Both the position numbers and the translations under genes were made by a program. The notes beneath the pieces are model-generated. The model ran no database searches. It saw only the letters and a program-made list of their open reading frames with translations, and had not been told where the DNA came from. Of a stretch of 64,000 bases of DNA, positions 36,001 through 48,159 are shown piece after piece (position 1 is the stretch's first letter; every line of letters starts with the position of its first letter). The DNA comes from Octopus sinensis (taxonomy: Eukaryota). The stretch covers positions 67,580,001-67,644,000 of the forward strand of contig NC_043006.1 of NCBI RefSeq assembly GCF_006345805.1, read 5' to 3'.

Positions 36001-38364
36001 ATGTGATTTTGGTTGTTAAATTGCCGCAGTATTAAGCTTCATTATAACAAAGTTTCACTCGCAGAAGAAACGGGAAACGATGTTTGAATACAGATGTGTG
36101 ATACGTACTGGAAAGTTAGATATATTTACTTAGATGTGTAGGGAATATGTTTGCAAATAAAAGTGTGTGTATTAGATAGATGTATTCGTATATACGTAAT
36201 GGATAGATATATTTGTATATACATGAACGAGCAAGCAATAGAAACATATATTTCTGTACATGTGCATCGGGGCAGATAAGTTTGCGAGAGTTGAATATAT
36301 ATTAGCATATACATTATGTACGTGGGATGGGACGAGAGCAACAAAAAGTTGAAGAATGAAAGAAAAAAAGAGGAATTAGAAATGAGAGGTTATGTAATGA
36401 GATACGATCAATACCCTTATTTATATAATGCCTTTTCATTTCGTTCTATCTATTAGAAATAGTAACCAAATCCCTTTCACAGTGCACCCTATGCCAGTGT
36501 TTCTCAACCGAGGTTTATATGGCCCTTAGGGGTTCATATAAGATTTTGTTGTTAAAATTTATGCGCGATAAATTGGTTACACTTCTTCAACACATAAAAT
36601 AGTCTAACATTTTTTAACACAATTCCTATTGATATTGAATTATGAAAATATAATAGGATTTTCTAAACCTCAAATAGCTATAGGGGTCAAGTAGAGTAAA
36701 ACAGTAATCAAAAGGGTCCATATGTAAAAACTGGTTGATGACCACTGCCTTACGCTCTTAAAAAAAAAAAAGTGGGGCGAGCATATCATACGATGTAGTT
36801 TGATATAACTATGATAACGTAACATAATGGGTGGAATGGGTTTGATATGAGTACAAAGGTTGTAGAAGGAAAGGAAGTTATAGTCAAAGACCGGCATGAT
36901 CGACTAAAGCCCTTCAAGAGAACCAAATATAAGTGGGGTACTTGTTTTGTCGATACCTCTTTGTTGAACCGCACAATTACAGGGCATAAAGGGACACAAC
37001 CAAAGAACATCAATCTCAAAACCGGTATAAATACAAACACAAATACATACATATGCAACAGATGTCCACAGTTTTCGTCTACCGAAGCGATGATAAAAGA
37101 GATATGCTCAGTGTGCCACGCACTGAGATCAAACCTGAAACTACGTAGTTGCGAAGTGAACTTTTTAACATATGGTTTCGTCTGGCAGAAAGGACTGTCC
37201 ACAGCTTTCACAGAGAGTGAGAGAGAGAGAGGGGGGAGAGAAAGAGAGAGAGAGAGAGGCAGACATAGGAGGGGATAGAATGAAAGTTATAAAAGCGATA
37301 GACGAAGGGACATGAGAAAGAAAGCGAGATGGAAACACAGAAACAGAAATAAAAAGGGAAAGAGAAAAAGAGAGGCAAAAGAAAGTGTGATAGATTGGGG
37401 TCCTGGGTCACAAATTGATTTTTACAGTTATCAGAAACTAACTCGTGAGATGCGAACCAGCCACCTACCTCAGTTATACCGGGTGAAGTTGTTACTGAAG
37501 TTAGAGGTGGTAACAGTCGAGATCGTGGTGTTGTTATTTTTGGTGGCAGTGGTCCCGTCTCCCTATAACAGCAACGGTAACATGTAATTCCATTATGTAA
37601 CACGTACACACACGCGCTTACGTGTGTATATCTATAGACACATACACAGGGTCGTCACAACAATAACAACCACAACAGTAAGAAGCAGACTTCTTTAGAA
37701 GACGACAGACACACCAGCTTCTACGGTCACCGTGATACTAAAATTTTCGTGATGTAACCGGAAATCAACGAACATTTCCGAACTTTACCACAAAAATCAT
37801 ATCAATAACAAAAAATATATATTCAAACTATATTCAAAATGTATTTTTGCTTCCTATTATTATGACATGGATCATTATTAAAATTATTATTGATATTTAT
37901 TGATACTACTACTATTATTGTTACTGTTGCTGCTGCTGCTAGTAATAGTAAGGCTCAGCAGGGGAGGCTTGCCGATTGCTGGTAATTGTTTGTGACCTTT
38001 TGTTGGTTCCTAGTTATGACACAAATCGACTTACGACATTGAGCGATGTCCCAGTTTTATGTCACCAATACCGTCTGTAGTCCGTACGTGTACGTAAATG
38101 CGTGCGCACGTTCATGTGTGCGCGTGAAATTACACTACAGGCTGTACGATAAGAAGCTTGCTTCTGAATGACTAATTCCTGGTTCAGTCCCTCTTCTTGG
38201 CACCTTGGATCTGTGTATTCTGTAATAGTTCTAGGCCGACCAGTGCATTGTGAGCGGATTTGGCAGACGGAAACTGAAAGAAGCCTGTCATGTATATGTC
38301 TTTGTGTTTGTCCCCGCCACTGCTTTGCAACCCGTGTAGCGCTTCGGCAAAAGAGCCGGTAGAA

Positions 38365-38640
38365 GGTAGATATTTCGTAAAGGACCAGTTCGTACCTCGG
38401 TGTGGAATAATTTTTTTCCACAGGGTTTTTTTTTTTGGGTTTTTTTTTTTCGAGTGCATTCAATGTATTTGACCACCAAACCCTTTTTTTTTCCGGAAAA
38501 GAAAGGAGTGGGGAGGGGATCAAAAAAGTAGCTTGCGGTAAGTTTGGAGGTCAAATACGTTGAATGCACTCGAAAGAAAAACCGTGGAAAAAAGTTAATT
38601 CACACCTAGGTAGGAACGGGTCCTTTACGAAATATTTACC
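38365..38640. mobile_element. MITE with GGTA...TACC termini and a perfect 8-bp TSD (Merlin-type), inserted in a SINE
   Basis: GGTAGATATTTCGTAAAGGACC / GGTCCTTTACGAAATATTTACC; TSD cggtagaa at 38357-38364 and 38641-38648. Confidence 0.85.
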
Positions 38641-39527
38641 CGGTAGAATAAGTACCTCATTTTTAAAGAAGTACTGAAGTTGATTTGTTTGACAAAAACC
38701 TTCAATCGATGCCCCAGCAAGGTTGTTGGCTAATAACTGAAACACACACGCACACGTCAAGGGAGACAATTTAGCATTTTTAAGGAACTAAATTTATTTT
38801 GTAATTACCATCTATAATCGCTCTTATAAATAGGACATAAGAACAATTTAATAACCCCTACCGATTATATCTTCCGTAACATTTTAATAAGTCCTTTCTT
38901 TTTTCTTTTCTTTTCAGAGACACGCTTTCAAAAGTGTAGTGGATCTTGTCTAGAGAAAATATGCGTAGTTTCCTTCATTAGCATGCAAAACTACGTCAGA
39001 ACTACCCTTGGTGAATATTCAAAAACTTGAAGTCTTAGATAATTCTTGACCCGATCCAGTGTAGATTACGATTAAGCTGATGATATTTTTTTAATAATTT
39101 TCATTTTTTTTTTTTAGTCAGAAAGAAACGAAAGTTATATCTTTTTAACTATTCAGTAACATTGCTCATGGTTTTTGCACAATATAACAAATTATGTCAA
39201 TTAAAAAGAACAGGACACATTACTGCATATCATCTAGAATACTTTCGAACTGCGTTAAAGTAGGCTAAACCTAAAGAAGTACCATACACATGTAAATATG
39301 CCCATTTAACCACACTATACGCATATATTTCTTTACTGCCCACAGGGGGCTAAACATAGAGGGTACAAACAAGGATAGACAAGGAGATTAAGTCGATTAC
39401 ATCGACCCCAGTGCGTAATTGGTACTTATTTTATCGACCCCGAAAGGATGAAAGGCAAAGTCGTCCTCGGCGGAATTTGAACTCAGAACAAAACGGCAGA
39501 CGAAATACCAATAAGCATATCGCAAAT

Positions 39528-41845
39528 TTTTTTTTCTTTCTCACACGGAGACAACAAAGAGGGGACGTTACAATCTGATATGGGGTCAGATTTCTCGTAT
39601 GAGTTAACAAAAAGATGAATTTTAAAATTTTACATAAATATGAATAGTTCGAATAATAACATATACTAGACAACAATACAGAATGGAGTGAGGGGGGCGG
39701 GATATGCTCTGACCCTATGAGCCCCGTCTCAAATCTGATGCTTTGGTTCGTCCTGTGTTGTATTTATGTGGTTCCATCCATACGCAACATTCGTGCAACA
39801 TTCTTCCATCGATCTTGGAACATTTTCGCGGACAGGCATTTTTTCTCTGACCCTATTTTCCTTCTTAGGTGGAAGGTAAAGAAATTCACCAACCCAGGGC
39901 CAGAGATAAAAATGCCTGTTATTAACCCTTTCATTCGCGTCTTCCTAATCACCTCTCTCGCAATTGCTACTACGATGAGAAAGCAATTCTTACCTTCTTT
40001 CGATAGGAAATCCGGTGGGTCAATTTTTCCTATTAACTCAGTCGATAGCTGTACTCTTCCTGTACTTGACAACAGTTGTTCGGCATAAACCCACACATCT
40101 GACACCCCCGAACACTGAACAATAGCGTGCGGGACGGTTTCCCTGTCCCGCCCACATCTTGGACAGGTCGGTGAGCCAGGATCACCATGCCTTGCGAGCT
40201 TGTTTCGGACAAGTAAGTCTCCTCAGTACCATTGCCATGCCAAAGACTTCTGGCAGTTATCCAGTGTCTTCGGCCCGAATGTACATTGGAACAGACTGGC
40301 CAGCTGATTATCGTCGAGACCTAGGGCTTCCCCCAAAGTATCATCACAGTTCGCTTCAACCAACCCTCTATAGAAGAATGTGGTAGAACCACTACTGCAG
40401 GCGTTGCCCGAGAGATGGAATATCTGGAGAGCCTTACGACACTCCGTAAACCATGTATCCAACTTCGATCTACGATAGAACCAGGTATCCAGTCCACCGA
40501 AACAAGTAAACTTGGGAAACATCTGTTTCGCCAGCGGAGACCACACCCGGTCACCATCCAGATGGAGCCACAGATGCCTCAACCACAGCGCGTGCCTGCG
40601 CATCATCAGCCAAGGCATCCCTGGTTGTTGGCAGCAAATAGAGCGTCTCACAAGCGGATTCGAACCCTTCCACAAGAAGCAGAAGAGCTGTCTTTCTAAC
40701 TTGCTCAACCACGAATCAGGGCAGGGAACGACGGTTAGGCGGTAGGTGATGACCGATGTGATGAACACATTGACTACCTCCGCCCTCCCTTTCAGGGATA
40801 GCCACTGCCAAGACCAGGTCTTGGCTATGTGGGGCACCCTGCTCGCTACCTCGGCCCAGTTCTTCTCTATTTGGAGGCCTGGTCCAAACCAGACGCCTAG
40901 CAACTTAATTGGACTCTCCGTCCAACGTTCCATGACGCTGTCAGGAGGCATCGACTTGCCTCTCCAGGTGCCGAGCTGCAAGCCGACTGACTTTTCACGA
41001 TTAACCTTTGCTCCTGCTACCGTATCGTATTCCTCAATGGCTCTGCCTACTCTCTGTAGGTGATCCATTTCAGTTATGATGATGGTGATGTTGTCCGCGT
41101 ACGCTGAAATCGACTCTCCACAACTTAGCTGTCTTGTGATGTTGCTCAATTTTCGCAGCAATGGCTCAAGAGCCATTACGTACAAAAGCGGAGAGAGCGG
41201 ACACTCTTGACGAACCGAGCGTTTGATGCTGAACGGCTTAGATGGAAACCCGTTCACCCGTCCTACCAAGTCGATGTTGTGATAAATTTCAATGATCCAC
41301 CTGAGGAAGCCAAGGCCCAGACCGGACACCAGATAATGATGGTCGACTCTATCAAAAGCCTTTGCTTGGTCTAAATGGACCACTGCCCCTCCCTTACCAG
41401 AACTGTTATTAAACCCCACTACAGTGTACCATATAAGATGGAGATTATCCTGGATGGATCTACCGGGAACGGCACATATCTATCATTCCCGATCAAGCCA
41501 TCTGCGATGCGCGCCAACCTTTTCGATAACACTTTGGCCAAAATCTTCAACTCTGTGTTTAGCAGAGTGATGGACTGAAAATTATCAATGCAATCCCCCT
41601 TGTGCGGATCCTTTCTGACAAGCGTCACCACTCTCCGGCGCACAGATCTAGGAATGAACCCATTCTGCTGCAAGATCGTGTAGACATTCACCAGCAGGTG
41701 ACCGAACAAGTCCTGCATACTTTTATACAGTTCATAGGGTAGACCATCCAGTCCCGGCGCCTTACGCGTGCCGCAGTCCGCCATAGCCTCAATTACATCC
41801 TCAGGTGTGATCGGCCCTTCACAACGCTCCGCGTCCTGCCCCGAT
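39528..41845 (-). mobile_element. 5'-truncated L1/Tx1-type LINE, frameshifted RT
   Basis: KAPGLDGLPYELY, ITLLNTELKILAKVLSKRL, HLDQAKAFDRVDH, VRQECPLSPLLY, YADN, KLLGVWFG. C-terminal piece at 39764-40105; A-rich tail near 39528. Confidence 0.88.
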
Positions 41846-43124
41846 AGAAACAGCGAGCATTAAAATCGGTTTTGGCAAATCCGTTTCGGTTTTACTGATC
41901 ATAATATAAAACCGGTTTCGAGGCCTATTCTGGAGCCTACTATTTGCTATAAAAGCCTCAGCGATTCACCCTAACTCGTCTTTGGTTCTCACCACTGACC
42001 ACAGAGCACAGCCAGTTACAGCGACAGCCGACACCAGCAGTATTTCAGGACCTCCACCTTCGTCGCCTCCACCACCGTCGCCTTCATCTTAACGACGCCA
42101 ACAGCGACTTCGCCAAGGTTTAACTTCACGCTATTTGTGAATATTTCACCATGGTTAACAGCAAGCTCTACTTGAAAGATTTTCCTGCATCAAGTAAACC
42201 GGCACAGCATAGAAGCCACAACCGCTACACGACATGTGTTCAACCGGCCTCTGCTTTGTGACCTCAACTTCTTGTACAGAATTCCAACTATTGTGTATCT
42301 TACTACGAACTGATATCTATTTTCATTTTGTGTCTGAACATTCATGTAGCGTCCTATTGTAACCACTTTCTATGTTCTGTATTTTATCTCACACGCATAC
42401 ACACTTGTTAGTACACACATACATTATGTACGCTTGACGACCAGTTTATTATTATTGTTCTTATGCGATTATGGCGAACACACAGACACACTCAGCTAAG
42501 ACATATATACATTATTGTATGCTTGACAGCCTGTCTTATTGTTCTTATTATATATGTACTTATGACGCACACACGTACACACGCTCTGCTACCCACGTGT
42601 CAACGCCTAAATAAAACCTTTCTCTTAACATTTATGGTTGTGTCTTCTTATTCTTTCATAGCACTCTTATTCATTTATCCATGTGTTGGCTTTTATTGTA
42701 AGGCGACCGTGCGGTGTTTAAAGGAGTCATTCATTCGTCACGTCTCCTTTTCGCACGATCGTTCTACAAACGGTATCCTGTCGGAATGTATGCGTGCGCA
42801 CGCATATTCCAGTACATATTTACAAGTGGTAATAATGATATTAATCCTTTTTTATTATTCTGGCTCAAGGCCAGCAATTTCGGTGCAATGTAGTGGGAAG
42901 AGGGATAAGTCGATTAGATCGATCCCAGGCTTCGACTGATATCTATTTAATCGGCCCCCAAAAGATGAATGGCAAAATGAGCCTCGGCGAATTTGAGCTC
43001 AGAATGTAAAGACGAACGAAATGTTGCTCAGCATTTTGCCCGTTGCGCGCCGCCTTCATAATAATAATCCTTTCTATTTATAAGCACAAGGCCTGAAATT
43101 TGGGGGAGGGTATAGTCAATTACA

Positions 43125-43830
43125 TCGACCCCAGCGCGTAACTGGTACTTATATCATCGATCCCGAAAGGATGAATGGCAAAGTCGACATCGGTGGAATA
43201 AGAACTCGGAACGTAGCAGCGGACGAAATATCTATTTCTTTACTACCCACAAGGGGCTAAACACAGAGAGGACAAACAAGGACAGAGAAACGGATTAAGT
43301 CGATTAGATCGACCCCAGTGCGTAACTGGTACTTATTTAATCGATCCCGAAAGGACGAATGGCAAAGTCGACATCGGTGGAATAAGAACTCGGAACGTAG
43401 CAGCGGACGAAATATCTATTTCTTTACTACCCACAAGGGGCTAAACACAGAGAGGACAAACAAGGACAGAGAAACGGATTAAGTCGATTAGATCGACCCC
43501 AGTGCGTAACTGGTACTTATTTAATCGATTCCGAAAGGACGAATGGCAAAGTCGACATCGGTGGAATGAGAACTCGGAATGTAGCAGCGGACGAAATACC
43601 TATTTCTTTACTACCCACAAGGGACTAAACACAGAGAGGACAAACAAGGACAGACAAACGGATTAAGTCAATTATATCGACCCCAGTGCGTAACTGGTAC
43701 TTATTTAATCGACCCCGAAAGGATGAATTGCAAAGTCGACATCGGTGGAATGAGAACTCAGAACGTAGCGGCGGACGAAATACCGCTAAGCATTTCACCC
43801 GGCGTGCTAACAATTCTGCTAGCTCGCCAC
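43125..43830 (-). repeat. 184-bp tandem amplification of the internal module of SINE family 2
   Basis: gtcgacatcggtggaa at 43183, 43367, 43551, 43735; SINE head at about 43770-43830. Confidence 0.88.
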
Positions 43831-44078
43831 CTTCATAATAATAATAATAATAATGCTTTACAATGTTACCACAAGGAGAGCTTGGGGGTGGGAAGGGTTA
43901 AGTCAATTACATCGACCCCAGGACGTAACTAGTACTTATTTCATCGATCCCGAAAGGATGAAAGGCAAAGTCGACCTCGACGGAATTTGATCTCAGAACA
44001 TGAAGACAGACGAAGTACAGCTAAGCATTTCACTCGGGGTCCTAACGATTCTGCCAGTGTGCCGCCTTATATGTAGTA

Positions 44079-44127
<49 letters not shown>

Positions 44128-44129
<2 letters not shown>

Positions 44130-44683
44130 GCCCTGATGCAGTACCAGGCAGTGGCTCTCATGGCTTCTGATCTTAACTGATTGGAAGTGTTATCATGTAC
44201 ATTGTTTTGTCTTGGTATAAAAGATGGGCTACAGCAAATATTCTGCTCAATACCACAGATTTGCTTGTCAGTTGTTTGACCGTAACCAGTTGAGCATGTC
44301 CCTTAGTGGCTGGCGATATGTGCATCTCTGATCACGAGCAGAAGTAGTGGGGGAGCATCATAGCCATGTGTTGAGAGGGATTCTTTGGGGTTTGAATAGT
44401 TCACCTCTGGAAACATGGGTGGTTCTTTCAACATCCTTAAACACCCCTTATTCAGGGACCGTTTGAGCAGGATGGGGTACTCAACCTGAAGAAAATTCTA
44501 ACTGGGCCCCACCTGCAAGGTCATGTGCTGTTTATCTTGATATGAGATCACCATGTCGCGCACATATGGTTGTGATGCATGTGCCTAGTGTACCCTTATC
44601 AGACGGGTAGTCATGATGGGTATATTGGGCTTCGTATATTTTACCCCAGTGTCACTTTGATGGCATGAACTGCTCTCTCACTC
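44128..44683. mobile_element. About 555-bp interspersed element flanked by (AAT)n; partial copies at 1174-1508 and about 31263-31582
   Basis: Three homologous copies in the window, each abutting an (AAT)n tract. Confidence 0.75.
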
Positions 44684-44729
<46 letters not shown>

Positions 44730-44758
44730 TAATAATAATAATGATAATGATAATAATG

Positions 44759-44800
<42 letters not shown>

Positions 44801-44920
44801 TAATAATAATAATAATAATAATAAGAAGAAGAGAAGAAGAAGAAGAAGAAGAAGAAGAAGAAGAAGAAGAAGAAGAATAATGATAATGATAATAAATTTA
44901 ATAATAATAATAATAATAAT
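44684..44920. repeat. Compound (AAT)n/(GAA)n/(GAT) microsatellite
   Basis: Direct reading; it produces the spurious poly-I/L/F/Y ORFs. Confidence 0.95.
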
Positions 44921-45100
44921 AAGCACAGAAATCTCAGTTCTGCATGGATTGATTGTAAAAAGGCCTTCGACGGCATACCGCATTCATAGATCTTGAAATC
45001 GCTGGATATCTTCAAAATTTCTCCTGTGATTCCAAGTTTCCTAAAGCACAACATGCCGATGTGGAATACGAATCTCCCATTATACCACTCTAATGGAGTA
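44921..45100 (+). mobile_element. R4/Dong-type (RLE) non-LTR RT fragment
   Basis: KHRNLSSAWIDCKKAFDGIPHS*ILKSLDIFKISP...WNTNL resembles the AWIDYRKA(F/Y)D.VPH.W RT motif also seen near 57760. Confidence 0.75.
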
Positions 45101-45444
45101 CTGATAGAGAAAGAACCGGTTTCTAACCTAGATCCAAAGCTCCTTCATTGGAATTTCAACATCAACAACAGGGTATTTTCGTTTGTTTGCATGTACTCTT
45201 TTACTCTTTTACTTGTTTCAGTCATTTGACTGCGGCCATGCTGGAGTACCGCCTTTAGTTGAGCAAATCGACTCCAGGACTTATTCTTTGTAAGTTAAAA
45301 AATAGCGATTTATGACATAAAATGTCCTCTAGAATTAGCCAGAGCTAATAATGACAAACTTTAACTACTAAATATTGTTAAACACAACTCTGCAAATGCA
45401 TTGTACATAAGCAATTCACTTTACATGCAACGGACTACCTATTT

Positions 45445-45670
45445 CTTTATTACCCACAAGGGGCTAAACACAGAGGGGACAAACAAGGACAGACATAGGT
45501 ATTAAGTCGATTGCTTCGACCCCAGTGCGTAACTGGTACTTAATTTATCGACCCCGAAAGGATGAAAGGCAAAGTCGACCTCGGCGGAATTTGAACTCAC
45601 AACGTAACGCAGACGAAATACCGCTAAGCATTTCGCCCGGCGTGCTAACGTTTCTGCCAGCTCGCCACCT
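45445..45670 (-). mobile_element. tRNA-derived SINE family 2, CpG-intact copy
   Basis: Reverse complement of the family at 49871-50268 (tggcagaaacgttagc ... gagttcaaattcc). Confidence 0.82.
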
Positions 45671-46250
45671 TAATGCAACGGACAACCGGCAGTGAGACTG
45701 TTTTCAGTAGATTCCGAAATTATGCGAATGGCAGGCAATGGGTTAATACTATTAAGGTGACGAGCTGATAGAATCGTTACCCCGCTAGGAGGAAAATGAT
45801 TAATGGCATTTCTTCCGCCTTTTTACGTTATATGTTCAAATATTGCCAACGTCGAATTTTGGGTACTTTTTGGTTATTTCACCCCCATTAAAAATTGCCA
45901 TTAAAAAAAAGGGTTATCTCCTCATTAAAAAATTGGGGTTATCTCCCATATATATATAAAAAAAAAAGAACCATCACTTTTTTCAAGTGAATTTATATAT
46001 GTATTATCTTATTAATTTTTCTTGAGATTAATTTACGTTTAGGATATTTTAAGAACTAATATAAATACTATCTTCTTAATATAAAACAAACATCGCACTT
46101 TTTAAGATTTGTTGTAGAGTTAAATCTTAATAGATATTTTCCTTTTGAAAAAGCTTTTTCGAAGATAGCTCAGTTGGGAAGAGTCCAGTTGCAAACACAC
46201 ACACATACACACACACACACACACACATACACACACACACATACACACAC

Positions 46251-46282
<32 letters not shown>

Positions 46283-46649
46283 TACACACACACACACACA
46301 TACATACATTGATTCGCTAGCCTCTGCACGCATTTTTTTTCTCTCCTTCTTTCTGTGTTTTTTCTCTGTGTATCTTTCTGTTGAAGAGCGTAGGCTCGAA
46401 ACATTAAAGACTTGTTTTATTTATATTCCTGAGCGCCATACTAATACAATTGTTTGTTTGTATTCCACCTGCCTTCGTCTTTTGTCTATTTTCATAAAGC
46501 TTCCCGTTATATATATATATATATACACTTTCTTACATTTTCTTAATTTAATTAACTTATTATCAGAAACGAACTCGTTTTTAATCAAAAATTTATTAAA
46601 ACATATCCCAGCACACCACATAATTGTTATTAATCGTAAAATATAGTCA

Positions 46650-47041
46650 ATGTCAATGACAGCTGCTACGTGGGTCGGCATGCTGTCTATGAGTGCCTGC
46701 AGGTACTGTGCAGGGATGCCCCCCCCCCATGCAGCAAGAAGTGCCCCAAACAGCTCGTGTCGGTTCCTGTATTGCTGCACATTCAAATCCCTACCCAATC
46801 GACTCCAGAGGTTCTCAATAGGGTTCAGGTCAGGTGACTGGCCAGGCCAGTCCATGACCGTCACCCCATGGTCCTTGAAGAAACCAGTCTCAAACTGCTC
46901 TGCAAACAAAGTTACATCATCGTTCTGCGCAACAGTGAACTCGCAACAAAGCAATAGTTCGAGATATGGCCACTAGGTGACAGCAAATACCTTGAGTGAA
47001 GAGCAAATCAAGGGTGCTAATTAATTTCTGACGGTAGTGTA
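46650..47041 (-). mobile_element. Internally deleted Tc1-family fragment nested in the Merlin element
   Basis: TA + CACTACCGTCAGAAATTAATTAGCACCC end at 47012-47041, joined to the C-terminal transposase segment MDWPGQSPDLNPIENLWSRL. Confidence 0.82.
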
Positions 47042-47379
47042 TATATAGACACCGAGAAGAGGTGGGGGTCAACCAGGGCCGGCGGCCCAAAGCCCATGAG
47101 TTTAAGTGCACAGCGAACCGTACGAGGAAAAAATACGTGGGTGTACCATAAATAAATTTAAAAGAAACGAGGAAAGTAAATGAAAGAAGCATGTCAGCGA
47201 ATTCTCTAGGGTGATAAAAGAAAAACGAAGGAAATCAAAGAAAATGAAAATAAGAACAACGTCAACTATGACAACAGTTACAAGAACAACTTCAACAGAA
47301 ACGACAAGGAAAAGAAGCAATGGTGATGAAAGGTGTGGGTGTATACTTATACATGTATACGTACAAGCATATACACACA

Positions 47380-47512
47380 TCCATCCATCCATCCATCCAT
47401 CCAGCCATACATACATCCATCCATCCATCCATCAATCCATACATACATACATACATACATACATCCATACATACATACATACATACATACATACATACAT
47501 ACATACATACAT
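47380..47512. repeat. (CATC)n/(CATA)n tetranucleotide microsatellite
   Basis: Direct reading. Confidence 0.95.
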
Positions 47513-48090
47513 AAATTTACACACAGGCCGGCATTCGTGATTGACGAAGAGTTAAAAAGCTGGTCAGTTTTTAATCACCCTAGGCAATAAAACCTGGAGA
47601 CAGAATTCTCTCTTTACCATACATAAATCATGTCAACATTCCTATAGGCATATATACACACTCATAAATAAAAATGTATGTATACAAATATATAAATGTA
47701 TAGCTATATACATACGTAAATGTATGTATATATGTAGATTTATATACAGTTATATATATATATATATATATATATAACTGTATATAAATCTACATATTAC
47801 ATACATTTACGTATGTATATAGCTATACATTTATATATTTAGGACATATAAAACTTAGATAAAACTTAGATATGTTTCGACCAGAGATTGGTCCAGGCCA
47901 TGTCTAACTTAATAGCACCACCTGATAGGATTATTCGAATCCTGTTTAAGTCAAGTTTTGTTCAAGTAGTGAGTTCTTGTTGGGGGAGTTGTATCCAGTT
48001 TTGTTCAAGTAGTGAGTTCTTGTTGGGTGAGTTGTATCCAATTATGGGTGGCTTATCTGGTATTCTTTTATATATTTGTATACATGCATT

Positions 48091-48159
<69 letters not shown>

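Noticed and set aside
36786-37609. Several 90-143 aa ORFs on both strands
   Set aside because: No recognisable motifs; partly made of GA repeats; overlapping frames are consistent with chance.
38538-38917. Plus-strand donor (gcg|gtaagt) and acceptor (ttttcag|) suggesting a divergent gene
   Set aside because: The donor lies in the loop of a MITE, and I found no coding exon downstream on the plus strand.
44641-45054. Poly-Leu/Ile/Phe/Tyr ORFs (likewise 921-1259, 10671-10992, 47102-47590, 48483-49002, 52443-52969)
   Set aside because: These are translations of microsatellites.
47840-47905. Hammerhead-like stem II + GAAA + stem III + GUC on the minus strand (related copy at about 32945-33005 on plus)
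   Set aside because: The CUGANGA core is missing (GACATGGCCTG instead). At most a decayed relic.
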